Shown in pieces: positions 8,016 to 18,648 of a DNA stretch of 38,221 nt (its first letter is position 1; every line of letters begins with the position of its first letter). A model generated the notes under the pieces. That model searched no databases, had not been told where the DNA came from, and worked only from the letters and a program-made list of their open reading frames with translations. This stretch comes from an uncultured Treponema sp. (GTDB lineage Bacteria; Spirochaetota; Spirochaetia; Treponematales; Treponemataceae). The stretch is taken from positions 1 through 38,221 of the forward strand of contig CAYXDA010000001.1 in assembly GCA_964463615.1 (NCBI GenBank), in the 5' to 3' direction. The position numbers and the translations under genes were made by a program.

Positions 8016-10423
8016 AATTCTTTTTCCATAAGATATGAATTCGTTTTTGTAAAACCGTAAATCCATACAAAACTTTCAAGATTAAAATCCGAACTTACGT
8101 TAATTTTTATGGAAGTTATTCTTTGAGAATTCAAGTATTGCGAAGCTTTTCTTATAAGCTCTGTTCCGTAACCATGGCGGCGATTTTTTTGCAAGACAAA
8201 AAGTTCTGTAATAAGAAAAGATGTTTTCTGAGTTTTAAGGTCAGTTATAAATCTGCCGGCAAGAATTGCGAATACTTTGTTTTTTTTGTTCACAATTGCA
8301 AATGTTAAAGAATGTTTTCCATCTAAAAATTCGGAAACTTTTCTTTTTATAATTTCTTTGCTTGCAGATTTGTATGCGCTTTCATAAAACTTTTCAAGTT
8401 CGGATCTCATTTCGCTGTTACACAAAACTACAGATTTTTCATCTGATTCTTTAAAATTAGTTGTTGGTAAAATAAACTTTCTGTAAGTTTCGTAAGAAGT
8501 ATATTTTCGGCCGGTTTCTGTCATATATCTAAGGACATCTTTTAATGCTTCGTCTTCATTTATTAAATCAACTAAAATTTTTGAATATCTTGTTCCGGCA
8601 TCTTTGCTTAATTCTTTTAGAACTGTATCAAAATCTTTTTTGCGCGCATAATTTCTTCCTCTGAAATCTGTTGCAGTGTCTAAGCTGTCACAAATTGTAA
8701 GAAGATTTATATAAACGGAATATTTTGAATTGTGCAAATCAAAATTAGCAGGATATCCGCTTTTTCCGTCAAAAGAAACGTGATGGCCACGAATTAAATC
8801 TTCGAAAATCGAAAGGTAAGGGATTTCTTTTGCAATGTCGGCACCAAGTTCAGGATGAATTTTTATTTTTTTGAATTCAAGGTCAGTTATTTTTCTGAAA
8901 TGCAGATTTATAAGATTTGTAAGTCCGATTTTTCCTAAGTCGTGCAACATTCCTGCATTTTTTACAAATTTTGTAAGAATTCCTCTGTTTTTTAGAACAT
9001 CTTCTTTTTTAGGATATTCAGGTAATGTGAACAATTCTGGTTTTCGTTCAATCATATGTGAAAAACAAACTCCAATAAGTCCTGAAACCATTGAAAAATG
9101 AATTGCAGAACCAATTTCTCTGTGAACGAATGTTTTTTGAATAAAATCAATGAAAGCTTCAACGTTTTCAAAGGAATTAGAAATTGTTCTTATGGTTTGA
9201 ATAATAAAGTTGTCTGTTTGAAAGCCTTTTACCGCATAAGGCGCATGTTCAAAATAACTTAAAATTTCTTTTGAAATCTGTTTTTGTATGGTTTTATCGT
9301 CTATGTATGTATAAAGTTCTGGAAGTAAAATAAATGCGTAACTGAAAGACCAGTTAAAAAGTTTCATTTTATCTAAGATAAGTGCAAATTGATCTGGTAC
9401 AGGCTCGTTGTCATCAGGAAAAGCCATTTCCGGATAAATAAAAGAAATTCTTTCTCCTGGCTCAAATGCGTTTACTTGTGTTGTAATTTCCTGATATTTT
9501 TTGAAAAGAATGTCGCAAAAATCATTAGATGTTATTTTGTTTTCTTTTAAGCGCATTTTGTTGTAAAAAGCAAAAATCATCGGATTAATCATTCGTTCTG
9601 ATTTTTCTGCTTCAAATTCACTTTTTAGCCATTCTTTTATTATTTGTAAATTTTCTTTGCTTTGACTGCTTTTATTACTTGATTCAAAATTATTCTGTCC
9701 TGCTGCAAAAATTACATAAATTCGCATTATGCGCAAAAAAAGTTCAATATGAAACTTTGAATCAGAATTTTTGCCCCACATTTTTTCGTAAAGTTCGCAG
9801 TTTCCGTCCAAAATAAGTTTTTCCAGATAATTGTAAGTTTGAATTATTGAATCGTAATCATCTGATTTATATAAAGCGTAAGCAAAAAGTTTATAATTCA
9901 GGCAGAAAACTTGATGAATTCTATAGTTGTTGTCCGGGGCTTTTGAAAAAGTTGGAAAAATTTCCATAGCTTTGTTGTAGCAGTCAATTGCTTCTTGCAA
10001 TGAGTCCTGGCAAGTAACAGTTTTGCTGATTCCAAGATTCATATAAAGTTCGAATTTTGCTTTGTCATCAAGATTTTCCGGAACGGAAAGGATTGCGGTT
10101 ATAAGTTCATTTGTGATAAGTGAATCTATATTATTTTCAAAAAGATAAAAAGTTGTATGCAACGCATAATGATGAAGCGCTTCTTTTGAAAGTTTTTGCG
10201 GTTCTGCAATTACGGGGCGGATGTATTTGTTAAGGAGCTCTTCATTTTCTATAAAAAGATTTCGTGTAAGCTTTGAATTTTCACTTAACATTTCTTCCCA
10301 TTTTAAAAAATCATAAGATTCTTTTAAAAGTTTGCGTTCCAAATGAACGATTTGAGAAGAGTTGTTTTTGTATTTGTTGAAAAAGAATTCAATATCCTCT
10401 TTTGTAATTTGAGAAACATCCAT
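8012..10423 (-). CDS. HD-GYP domain protein with helical N-terminus and C-terminal GNAT domain
   Basis: HDLGK, HPELG, HHVSFDGKSGYP and ICDSLD. C-terminal LFVLQKNRRHGYGTELI is an acetyl-CoA-binding motif A. Confidence 0.8.
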   Translation of the reverse strand: MDVSQITKEDIEFFFNKYKNNSSQIVHLERKLLKESYDFLKWEEMLSENSKLTRNLFIENEELLNKYIRPVIAEPQKLSKEALHHYALHTTFYLFENNIDSLITNELITAILSVPENLDDKAKFELYMNLGISKTVTCQDSLQEAIDCYNKAMEIFPTFSKAPDNNYRIHQVFCLNYKLFAYALYKSDDYDSIIQTYNYLEKLILDGNCELYEKMWGKNSDSKFHIELFLRIMRIYVIFAAGQNNFESSNKSSQSKENLQIIKEWLKSEFEAEKSERMINPMIFAFYNKMRLKENKITSNDFCDILFKKYQEITTQVNAFEPGERISFIYPEMAFPDDNEPVPDQFALILDKMKLFNWSFSYAFILLPELYTYIDDKTIQKQISKEILSYFEHAPYAVKGFQTDNFIIQTIRTISNSFENVEAFIDFIQKTFVHREIGSAIHFSMVSGLIGVCFSHMIERKPELFTLPEYPKKEDVLKNRGILTKFVKNAGMLHDLGKIGLTNLINLHFRKITDLEFKKIKIHPELGADIAKEIPYLSIFEDLIRGHHVSFDGKSGYPANFDLHNSKYSVYINLLTICDSLDTATDFRGRNYARKKDFDTVLKELSKDAGTRYSKILVDLINEDEALKDVLRYMTETGRKYTSYETYRKFILPTTNFKESDEKSVVLCNSEMRSELEKFYESAYKSASKEIIKRKVSEFLDGKHSLTFAIVNKKNKVFAILAGRFITDLKTQKTSFLITELFVLQKNRRHGYGTELIRKASQYLNSQRITSIKINVSSDFNLESFVWIYGFTKTNSYLMEKEL

Positions 10424-10459
10424 AACATTATAAGTATAACACTTCTTTAGATTTTTTAT

Positions 10460-10490
10460 AAAAAAAAGTGCCGAAAAAATTCGGCACTTT
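10460..10490 (-). terminator. Intrinsic terminator of putP
   Basis: AAAGTGCCGAA/TTCGGCACTTT stem with a minus-strand T-run, 17 bp past the putP stop. Confidence 0.8.
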
Positions 10491-10507
10491 GAAAGTTTTA
10501 AAAATTG

Positions 10508-12064
10508 CTAATCTGCCATTTTTTTGTAATTTTCAAATTCTGCTAACATTTCCGGGTCTTTGTTTTTGTCGCAAAGAGAAACGACTACTGCAGAAATCAA
10601 GCAAATTAAAAATCCAGGAACGATTTCGTAAAGTCCAAAGATTGGCGCAACTGTTGCAGGTATTTTATGCCAAACAACAACTGTAATTCCGCCAAGAATC
10701 ATTCCTGTAATTGCGCCTTTTGCTGTTGTGCCTTTCCAATAGAGTGCAAGCAGAACGAGTGGCCCGAACGTTGCTCCGAAACCGGCCCAAGCGTAGGAAA
10801 CAAGTCCGAAAATGGAAGATTCTGGATTTAGCGAAAGGAATAGCGCGACTAACGCAATTAGGAATACGACAAAACGTCCTACAGTAAGAACTTCTTTTTC
10901 AGATGCGTTTTTCTTAAAAATGCCTTTGTAAATATCAAGACTTACAGAAGAAGAAGCGGCAAGCAGTTGACTGTCTGCTGTAGACATGGAAGCTGCTAAA
11001 ATTGCGCAAAGGAAAATACCAGCTATAAATGCCGGATACATTTGCTGCATTGTTACAGAGAAAACTGTTTCTGAGTCGCCTGTTATATAATTTGCAATTT
11101 GGTCGCCACCATTCAAAAGAATTCCGTGATTTAAAAGATAAACTGTTCCTACAGTTCCGATAATGAATGTTCCGATGTAAGAAATCACCATCCAAGAAAT
11201 TCCGATTCTTCTGGCTGTTTTTATTGAAGAAACGGAATTGATTCCCATAAAGCGAACGATAATGTGCGGCATTCCAAAATAGCCAAGACCCCAGCCGAGT
11301 GCGGAAATTATATTCATTATGCTGTAATGACTGTTTTTTGCAAACGCTTCCTGCATTTTAGGACCAAACGAGCCGGCGATGGCCTGTGCATCAAAAGCGC
11401 GGACAGATTCAATTGCCTTTGCTGGACCTCCAATTGCAGCGATAATAATTATTCCGGAAAAAACGAATGCCGCAAAAATCAAAGTTCCTTGCGCAAAATC
11501 TGTTCTGCAAACAGCTGTGTAACCGCCAGTTATTGTATAGCAAAGAATTACAACAAGCCCAATTGCTAATCCGACATGATACGGAAGTCCGAATACAGAA
11601 TTTATAAGTTTTGCACAGGCAACAAATCCTGATGCTGTATAAATTGTAAAAAAGAAAACAATAAAAATTCCGGAAAGAGCGGAAAGAATATGAGATTTGT
11701 CTTTAAATCTGTTTGAAAGAAATTCCGGAACAGTAATTGAATCGCCAAAAGCAACAGAACATTTGCGAAGCGGCTTTGCAATAATAAGCCAAGCAAGGTA
11801 AGTTCCCAAACAAAGTCCAAGCGCAGTCCAAAATGTTTCTTTTATTCCTCCAAGATAGCAAAGACCAGGTAAACCCATTAAAAGCCACGCAGAAGAGTCC
11901 GAAGCTTCTGCAGAAAGCGCTGTTACCCAAGGACCTATTTTTCGTCCTCCAAGGAAAAATTCCGAAGAATCATTGTTGTTGCTTGCACTTTTTAGACCTA
12001 TATAAATCATAAATCCAAGATACAAAATGAATGCAATAAGTTTTGCAATTATTTGTGGAGTCAT
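10508..12064 (-). CDS. putP: Sodium/proline symporter (SSS family)
   Basis: FFLGGRKIGPWVTALSAEASDSSAWLLMGLPG, LGWGLGYFGMPHIIVRFM, ASMSTADSQLL and YAWAGFGATFGP. Many TM helices. Confidence 0.92.
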   Translation of the reverse strand: MTPQIIAKLIAFILYLGFMIYIGLKSASNNNDSSEFFLGGRKIGPWVTALSAEASDSSAWLLMGLPGLCYLGGIKETFWTALGLCLGTYLAWLIIAKPLRKCSVAFGDSITVPEFLSNRFKDKSHILSALSGIFIVFFFTIYTASGFVACAKLINSVFGLPYHVGLAIGLVVILCYTITGGYTAVCRTDFAQGTLIFAAFVFSGIIIIAAIGGPAKAIESVRAFDAQAIAGSFGPKMQEAFAKNSHYSIMNIISALGWGLGYFGMPHIIVRFMGINSVSSIKTARRIGISWMVISYIGTFIIGTVGTVYLLNHGILLNGGDQIANYITGDSETVFSVTMQQMYPAFIAGIFLCAILAASMSTADSQLLAASSSVSLDIYKGIFKKNASEKEVLTVGRFVVFLIALVALFLSLNPESSIFGLVSYAWAGFGATFGPLVLLALYWKGTTAKGAITGMILGGITVVVWHKIPATVAPIFGLYEIVPGFLICLISAVVVSLCDKNKDPEMLAEFENYKKMAD

Positions 12065-12097
12065 AATTTCCCCTTTTTTTTAGAATATTTTAAAATT

Positions 12098-13003
12098 TTA
12101 AAGATTTGGCTCAAAATATGCAATTAAATATTCAGATATTTTGTTAAAACTTAAAGAATTATAAAGATTATTTGCCGGGATATTTTCTTTTTTTACAAAA
12201 AGGACTATAGATTTTTTAATTCGCAAAAGTCTGAACAAAAGCGTTTGAAGTAAAATCTTAGAAAAATGCTGTCTGCGAAAATCTTTTAAAGTAAAAATTC
12301 CGCCTAGTTGAACATATTTAAAACCAATTGCATTGGTTCCCGCTTTAGCAATAATTTTTCCATCAAATAAAAGCGCTAAAATATATTGCGACCGCAAGGA
12401 ATTTGCAAAGCGCAAACGGCTTAAATTTTCATTAAAAGAAAAACACTCTGGAACAACTTCTTCTTTTTCATATGAATATTGAAGTTCTAAAAGTTGTTTT
12501 TTTAAGTTTTCATCTATATCTTTTTTGCAGCGGAAAATAACAAAATCTTTTTTTTGCTTTTCAGTTTTTTTTAAATTTATTAAAAATTTCTTTGCGTCTA
12601 ATTTTAAAAAATTATATTCATTTTGTTGCAAGGGATTTATTTCTAATTCACTGAAGCATTGCAATAAAAGTTCGGTTCCGTCCTTTTGTCCGTTAATACA
12701 AATCGGATTATTAAATTTTTCTTTTTTGTAAAAATCTTTAAAAGATTGAATAAAATCCTGTTGCAATGCAGTTTGGGAATTCGTTTTTACAAATGGCAGA
12801 ATGTGAAAAATAGTCTTTCTTATTCCGATTATTCCATAAAGTTCTTGCGGACAGATTTCATTTATGTAAACAGCATAAGCGTTTGAAATATTCTTTTTTA
12901 GAATGAAAGTAAACTGAACATTCAAGAATTCGTGGTCGCTTATAAATTTTATTACAGAAAGTTTTGATTTGCCTTGGATTTCAGTTAATGGAATGAATTT
13001 CAT
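12098..13003 (-). CDS. GNAT family N-acetyltransferase (C-terminal domain)
   Basis: VQLGGIFTLKDFRRQHFS and LFVKKENIPANNLYNSLSF. Confidence 0.75.
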   Translation of the reverse strand: MKFIPLTEIQGKSKLSVIKFISDHEFLNVQFTFILKKNISNAYAVYINEICPQELYGIIGIRKTIFHILPFVKTNSQTALQQDFIQSFKDFYKKEKFNNPICINGQKDGTELLLQCFSELEINPLQQNEYNFLKLDAKKFLINLKKTEKQKKDFVIFRCKKDIDENLKKQLLELQYSYEKEEVVPECFSFNENLSRLRFANSLRSQYILALLFDGKIIAKAGTNAIGFKYVQLGGIFTLKDFRRQHFSKILLQTLLFRLLRIKKSIVLFVKKENIPANNLYNSLSFNKISEYLIAYFEPNL

Positions 13004-13045
13004 ATAATTGATAATAATCTTGCTGTTTAAGATTTAAGAATCAAA

Positions 13046-13093
13046 TTCGCTTTCATATAGGATTTAAAAAGACAATCGCCAAATGAAAGCGAA
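13046..13093. other. 11-bp inverted repeat downstream of the DUF711 gene (possible terminator or processing stem)
   Basis: TTCGCTTTCAT (13046-13056) pairs with ATGAAAGCGAA (13083-13093), 26-nt spacer. Confidence 0.4.
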
Positions 13094-13120
13094 ATTGTAA
13101 AGCGGCTCAAAAGAGTAAAT

Positions 13121-14482
13121 TTAATTTCTGAAACTATGGATTGGAGCTGGAATTCGGCCGCCACGATTTATAAAATCTGCACAACCGAATTTACTTACTG
13201 GCATTACTGGACAGCCGCCTAAAAGTCCGCCGAATTCCACCCATTCGCCGGCTTTTTTGCCAGGAGCCGGAATTAATCGGCATGCAGTTGTTTTGTTATT
13301 CACCATTCCGATTGCAAATTCATCCGCTAAAATTCCGGAGATCGTTGTTGCCGGAGTATCGCCTGGAATTGCAATCATATCAAGACCAACGGAACAGACT
13401 GTTGTCATTGCTTCTAGTTTTTCAAGGCAGATTGAACCTTGCTGTACAGCGTTTATCATACCTTCATCTTCGGAAACAGGAATAAATGCGCCACTTAAAC
13501 CGCCAACATTTGTACTTGCCATAACGCCGCCTTTTTTTACCATATCGGTAAGCATTGCTAAAGCTGCTGTTGTTCCTGGTGCGCCGGCGCCTTCAAGCCC
13601 GATTTCTTCCAAAATTCGCGCAACAGAATCGCCGACCGCTGGTGTTGGTGCCAAAGACAAATCCAAAATACCAAATTGAACGCCAAGCCGCTTTGCTGCT
13701 TCGCTTCCAACAAGCTGACCCATTCGTGTAATTTTGAACGCCATTTTTTTAATTCCGTCAGCAAGTTCATTAATCGGTTTGCCTTTATATTCCCGCGCTG
13801 CTGCTAAAATTACACCTGGACCAGAAACACCAACATTGATTACGCAATCGCCTTCGCCAACACCATGAAAAGCGCCTGCCATAAAAGGATTGTCTTCCGG
13901 AGCATTGCAAAAAACCACAAGTTTTGCACAACCATTTATTTCGCAATTTTTAGAAATTTCCGCAGTTTTTACGATAGTTTCGCCCATAAGTTTAACTGCG
14001 TCCATATTGATTCCGTTTTTTGTAGTTCCTACATTTACGGAAGAGCAAACAAAATTGGTTTCCGCCAAAGCTTCTGGAATAGATTCTATTAGAATTCTGT
14101 CAGATGGAGTTATTCCTTTTTGAACAAGGGCAGAAAATCCGCCAAGAAAGTTCACGCCCAAATCTTTTGCCGCTTTGTCCAAGGTTTTGCAATATTCAAC
14201 ATAAGATTTCGCTCCGCTTGCGCCTGCAACCAAAGCAATCGGAGTTACAGAAATTCGTTTGTTTATAATCGGAACTCCGAATTCTTTTTCAATATCTTGA
14301 CCAACTTTTACAAGATTTCCTGCTTTTTTCATAATTTTATCGTAAATTTTTGTGCAGGATTTTTTTGCATCGCTGTCTGCACAGTCGAGCAAATTAATAC
14401 CCATTGTTACACATCGGATATCCAGTTTTTGTTTCATAAACATACTAACTGTTTCTTGAATTTCTGTTGGTGAAAAAATCAT
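13121..14482 (-). CDS. PFL-like family protein (DUF711/UPF0210)
   Basis: [52 protein letters not shown] and [10 protein letters not shown]. Confidence 0.92.
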   Translation of the reverse strand: MIFSPTEIQETVSMFMKQKLDIRCVTMGINLLDCADSDAKKSCTKIYDKIMKKAGNLVKVGQDIEKEFGVPIINKRISVTPIALVAGASGAKSYVEYCKTLDKAAKDLGVNFLGGFSALVQKGITPSDRILIESIPEALAETNFVCSSVNVGTTKNGINMDAVKLMGETIVKTAEISKNCEINGCAKLVVFCNAPEDNPFMAGAFHGVGEGDCVINVGVSGPGVILAAAREYKGKPINELADGIKKMAFKITRMGQLVGSEAAKRLGVQFGILDLSLAPTPAVGDSVARILEEIGLEGAGAPGTTAALAMLTDMVKKGGVMASTNVGGLSGAFIPVSEDEGMINAVQQGSICLEKLEAMTTVCSVGLDMIAIPGDTPATTISGILADEFAIGMVNNKTTACRLIPAPGKKAGEWVEFGGLLGGCPVMPVSKFGCADFINRGGRIPAPIHSFRN

Positions 14483-14560
14483 ATAAACCTCTAAATTAGA
14501 CTTATTTTAAATGTAAAAAGATTGTCGGGTCAAGTGTATATGAGCAGATAAGAAAGCATA

Positions 14561-14648
14561 AAGGAGGGCGCCTGCCCTACGGCTCAACCACTTTGTGTTT
14601 TCGCCTACCCCTCGTACAAAGCGCCTGGCTTCGCGGCGGAATATCCGC
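14561..14648. repeat. REP-like modular palindromic element, copy B
   Basis: Begins AAGGAGGG like copy A. 14620-14640 is the exact reverse complement of 26401-26421. Confidence 0.75.
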
Positions 14649-15313
14649 TATGCAAAAATGTGTTTCAAATAATTTTCAGAAAGCGCAAAAATTTTATTCA
14701 CAGCGTCTTCGTCGGTGGGCAAAGCGAAAAGGCTTCCCGCACCGCATTCCGGATTTTGCCGTACAATTTCTTTTTTGTGCATAATGTATAAATCAATTTG
14801 CTGGAAAAGAAATGAACTGTACATTTTTACAGCGGAATCTATTTCTGCCGGAGTTAAATCAAGTTTTTTTTCAACGCAATATCGCAACATAATTTGGCTT
14901 ACACCGAGTTCAATGGAAAAAAGTTCTTCATCAACTATTTCAGAGGCAGTTTTGTTAAAATATTTTTCACTGTGCACAAATGCAAAAATCTGAAAAAACG
15001 GTTCAACTTCGTAAAATTGAATAAAACGTTTTATAAGCGCATTAAAAATTGATTCAACATTATTTTTTTCAAATAAGTCTGGCGTAATATATTTTTCAGG
15101 AAGAAATGCAAATGACATAAGCGAGCGTTTGCAATAAGTCAGTGTTTTTTCGTACATTATTTCGCGGCTTTCAAAATGATTGTAAAGCGACGCCTTTTTT
15201 ATTCCCAAATATTCTGCAATGTCCGCCATAGAAGTTGCACCTGCACTTTTATCAAATGAACAGAATAAAAATGCATTGATGATTTTTTCTTGGGAAATAT
15301 TTTTTCGGGTCAT
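14648..15313 (-). CDS. TetR/AcrR family transcriptional regulator
   Basis: HTH ATSMADIAEYLGIKKASLYNHFESRE. Lies 6 bp downstream of the GGDEF gene. Confidence 0.88.
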   Translation of the reverse strand: MTRKNISQEKIINAFLFCSFDKSAGATSMADIAEYLGIKKASLYNHFESREIMYEKTLTYCKRSLMSFAFLPEKYITPDLFEKNNVESIFNALIKRFIQFYEVEPFFQIFAFVHSEKYFNKTASEIVDEELFSIELGVSQIMLRYCVEKKLDLTPAEIDSAVKMYSSFLFQQIDLYIMHKKEIVRQNPECGAGSLFALPTDEDAVNKIFALSENYLKHIFA

Positions 15314-15319
15314 TTATAA

Positions 15320-18300
15320 TCACCTTTTTGGTTTGCCAATTAAATTTGTTTCATCAATTTTGTCCTTTATTTCAGACCAAATTGTAACAGTTCCTTTTTT
15401 GTGCTGCTTAGAATAATATAACGCTTTATCGGCGTTTGTCATAGTTGTATCAAGGTCAGAAATATCATCTTCATCAGAATTTGCGGCAATTCCCACACTG
15501 AATCCAAGTTTTCTGTTTTCCGGAATATCCAGTTTTTTATTCAACAGTTTTTCAAGTTCCGGAATGAAATGTTTTTTTGCCGCTAATCCTTCGTAAAGAC
15601 GTTCGGCTGCTCTTTCTGCCTCTTTGCAATTTGTATTAGGAAGAACAATAACAAATTCATCTCCGCCAAAACGCGCGACAAAATCCACTTTGCGATAAAT
15701 CTCTTTAAGGAGTTTTGCAAACGAAGAAATTAAAAGGTCGCCGGCTTCGTGTCCGAATGTATCATTGTAATATTTAAAGTTATCCAAATCCAGGAACGAA
15801 ATTGCATCGTGCATATACATATTCCGCTTTTTTTCGTAGCGTCTTATCATTTCGCTTTCAAGGTTAAGATGGTCGTGAAGAGCGCGTCTGTTGTTCAGCA
15901 TGGAAAGTTGGTCAGTCGCAGAAATTTTAGCTAAGTGTTCGTTTTGTTTCAGCATTACAATTTGCGCCTGAATATTGGAAGCGGCTATGTTCAGGATATT
16001 AAGTTCTTCCAGATTGAGTTGATTATTTTTCTGAAGGAAAATAATCATTCCGCCTGTAAATTCAAATTTGGAAAGATTGATGTAAATTGTTTGCCTGTCT
16101 TTTTCTGTGCTTTTCTTTAGTTCAAGAAAATTTTTGCTCTCCGAAAGTTTTTCCCATTCATAGTCTGTCGGATTTTCTATGTTATCTCGCAAAGATTGCG
16201 CAAGAAGTTTCCACTGATTGTCTTTTTTTTCTGCAAGAAAAACTGCATCTGCCATTGTATAATCAAAAACAGAAAGTGCAATATTTGTTGCAAAACGCTT
16301 GTCTTTTAAATCATTTGCATGGTTTGTTGAAAGTCTGTTTAAAAATTGCGAGTCGCGTAATTTTTTATGCAGTTGATTTAAAAGGCGTTCTTTTTCTGCT
16401 TTTTCTTCAAGTGCTTCAAGATTGATTTTTAACGGCGCAAATTTTTCAACGCCATCAATATATTCTTGCAAAGTTATAGAATCTTTACCCTTTGTGAAAT
16501 TTATAAGATTTTTTTCTTTTGCAATTTTTAATCCGCGGCAAAAATATTTTTCCGATTCTTTATGAAATCCTTTTTGCTCCAAAAAATTTGCGAATTCGTA
16601 AAGCATAAAAACAAGTCGGTGTTCTTGTGTAATTCCAGTCGGGAAAAAATTATTTAAAGATTTTTCAAAAATATTAATCGCTTCGTCTTTGTTGCCTTCT
16701 TCCAAATTTATGCATGCAGCAAGAAAGAATTTTATGAATTCTTCAATTGGTGAAAAAGGTTTTCTGTTATTCATCATATTATGAAGATTCATTTTTGCGC
16801 GGGTAAATTCGCCGTTGTAAAAGTCTAACATTGCTTTGTAGGCAATTATGTCATTGTATTCCGGAAAGAAAGAATTTATTCCAAGATCAGAAACTGTAAA
16901 TATAGAAAGCAAATTTAAAATTGTTTGAATAAGACTATATGCAATATTCAGGTTTCGCGAATAAAAACAGGTTCTGGCAAGATTGAAAAAAGTTATAATT
17001 ATTTCCGGATAATCTTTACTTTCTAAAAGATTGTTAAGTACATTATTTATAACGTCGTAAGATTCTTTATATTCTGTATCAACAAGATATTCGTAAGAAA
17101 GGCCATTTAAGACTTTTATTAAAGATGAAAAATCGCCGATTTCTTCGCGCAATTTGAACGATTCCTTATACCAAATATGCGCTTTTTCTTTTTGACCATT
17201 GTGGGTCATTATAATTCCCATCCAATGGCATGCGATTGAAAGTCCGAATTTATTTCCAATTTTTTCCGCATCATCTTTTGATTTTTCTACTTGGACTGCC
17301 ATTTGGTCGCGAAGTGTTTTTTCGTAAACAATTCCGTATGGAATTACAAGTGAAGTATAAATTTTATTATTTGCAAGACCAGCTTGATCCAATAAATTTA
17401 AAGCATTGAAATATTTTTTTGTTGAATATTGGGAATCTTTGCGCTCTGTAATAATGTATTCTTCCATTACAGCCAATGCGTAAATCTGTGAGTTTTCATA
17501 TTTTTTTGCTTTGGAAATTGCTTTTGAAATATATTTTAATGCAACGGAATTCATATTTTTTCTTGTTGAAACTTGTGCAAGAAAATACAATGCATAACAT
17601 TCGACGTCATCTTCGATTTGCGATTCAAGAATATTATTAAAATAGAAACTTGCAAAATCGGTATCGCCGTTGTAAAAAGAAATAATTCCCATTTCTATGT
17701 AAATGAGTCTGGCTTCGTTTATATTTGCATTAACAAGAATATCAGAGATGTCTATTTCTTTTGCAAGAGAATAGGCTTTTTCTGTATCAAGGAAAAGTCT
17801 GTAAGATTTAAGTTGTTTATAAATTTCTGAAAAATCAGTATTGTTGTCGGCTTTTTGTGAATTAAAATCTTCTGCGGAAAAATCTTCAAAACTGTTTAAA
17901 GTAAAATAGTTGTCCTGTTTTATGATTTTTTGATTGAAATTTTTTAGAGCATTAGACATTGAATCAAATTCAAGAGTATTGAAACAGAATAAAAATTTTC
18001 CCTTGATGCTTGAATTTTCTAACTGTTCAAGGATTTTTAGTGCGTCATCGCTTATAAACTGTGCATTGTAAATTATTGCTGTTCCTGTAAAACATTTTTC
18101 CAAAAGGTTTATGATTGTTTTGCGAATTCTTATTTTTTCGTAATCAATTTCTTCTATAATTATTGGATCTTTGCGTTCGTCTGGAAGTCCGTTCTTAAAA
18201 AAACTTTGAAAAGTGTCGTATTGTAATCCGTAAGTAGAAGTTCTCAGAATTTCGTTGGAAATGTTTTGCTTTGCTAAAATATTCAAGAATGGGGCTAAAG

Positions 18301-18460
18301 GAGAATAATTGTTTCGTAAATTTATTTCAATAGTTTCTGAACTTGCAATTTCGTGGCACGATTTCATTAAGTTTTCAGATGAACTTAAATAAACGATGTT
18401 TTGCTCAGATTTTTCATAAATTTTTTTCGTTATAGAGTTTATTAAATCGTTTGAATTCAT
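15320..18460 (-). CDS. Large TPR-containing diguanylate cyclase
   Basis: C-terminal TDQLSMLNNRR, LDLDNFKYYNDTFGHEAGD and RKVDFVARFGGDEF (RxxD I-site plus active site). TPR-like helical middle. Start set at ATG 18460 (alternative 18469). Confidence 0.88.
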   Translation of the reverse strand: MNSNDLINSITKKIYEKSEQNIVYLSSSENLMKSCHEIASSETIEINLRNNYSPLAPFLNILAKQNISNEILRTSTYGLQYDTFQSFFKNGLPDERKDPIIIEEIDYEKIRIRKTIINLLEKCFTGTAIIYNAQFISDDALKILEQLENSSIKGKFLFCFNTLEFDSMSNALKNFNQKIIKQDNYFTLNSFEDFSAEDFNSQKADNNTDFSEIYKQLKSYRLFLDTEKAYSLAKEIDISDILVNANINEARLIYIEMGIISFYNGDTDFASFYFNNILESQIEDDVECYALYFLAQVSTRKNMNSVALKYISKAISKAKKYENSQIYALAVMEEYIITERKDSQYSTKKYFNALNLLDQAGLANNKIYTSLVIPYGIVYEKTLRDQMAVQVEKSKDDAEKIGNKFGLSIACHWMGIIMTHNGQKEKAHIWYKESFKLREEIGDFSSLIKVLNGLSYEYLVDTEYKESYDVINNVLNNLLESKDYPEIIITFFNLARTCFYSRNLNIAYSLIQTILNLLSIFTVSDLGINSFFPEYNDIIAYKAMLDFYNGEFTRAKMNLHNMMNNRKPFSPIEEFIKFFLAACINLEEGNKDEAINIFEKSLNNFFPTGITQEHRLVFMLYEFANFLEQKGFHKESEKYFCRGLKIAKEKNLINFTKGKDSITLQEYIDGVEKFAPLKINLEALEEKAEKERLLNQLHKKLRDSQFLNRLSTNHANDLKDKRFATNIALSVFDYTMADAVFLAEKKDNQWKLLAQSLRDNIENPTDYEWEKLSESKNFLELKKSTEKDRQTIYINLSKFEFTGGMIIFLQKNNQLNLEELNILNIAASNIQAQIVMLKQNEHLAKISATDQLSMLNNRRALHDHLNLESEMIRRYEKKRNMYMHDAISFLDLDNFKYYNDTFGHEAGDLLISSFAKLLKEIYRKVDFVARFGGDEFVIVLPNTNCKEAERAAERLYEGLAAKKHFIPELEKLLNKKLDIPENRKLGFSVGIAANSDEDDISDLDTTMTNADKALYYSKQHKKGTVTIWSEIKDKIDETNLIGKPKR

Positions 18461-18591
18461 TTTTCCCATTATATCACAGTGATTTGATTTGGCAAATTTT
18501 CAATTTATAAAAATTTGAACGATTTTTATAAATTGAATTGCAAAAAAAATTGTTTTTCTACTTTTTATTTCCTTGTAAAAGCCCTAGTTAC

Positions 18592-18620
18592 TTGCTTTAG
18601 CGTGATTTTGACTTTATAAT
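18592..18620 (+). promoter_or_regulatory. sigma70-like promoter of the acyl-CoA ligase gene
   Basis: TTGCTT-17-TATAAT, followed by SD GGAG before ATG 18649. Confidence 0.6.
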
Positions 18621-18648
18621 CTTTCTATTGTTATTATGGAGTTAAAAT

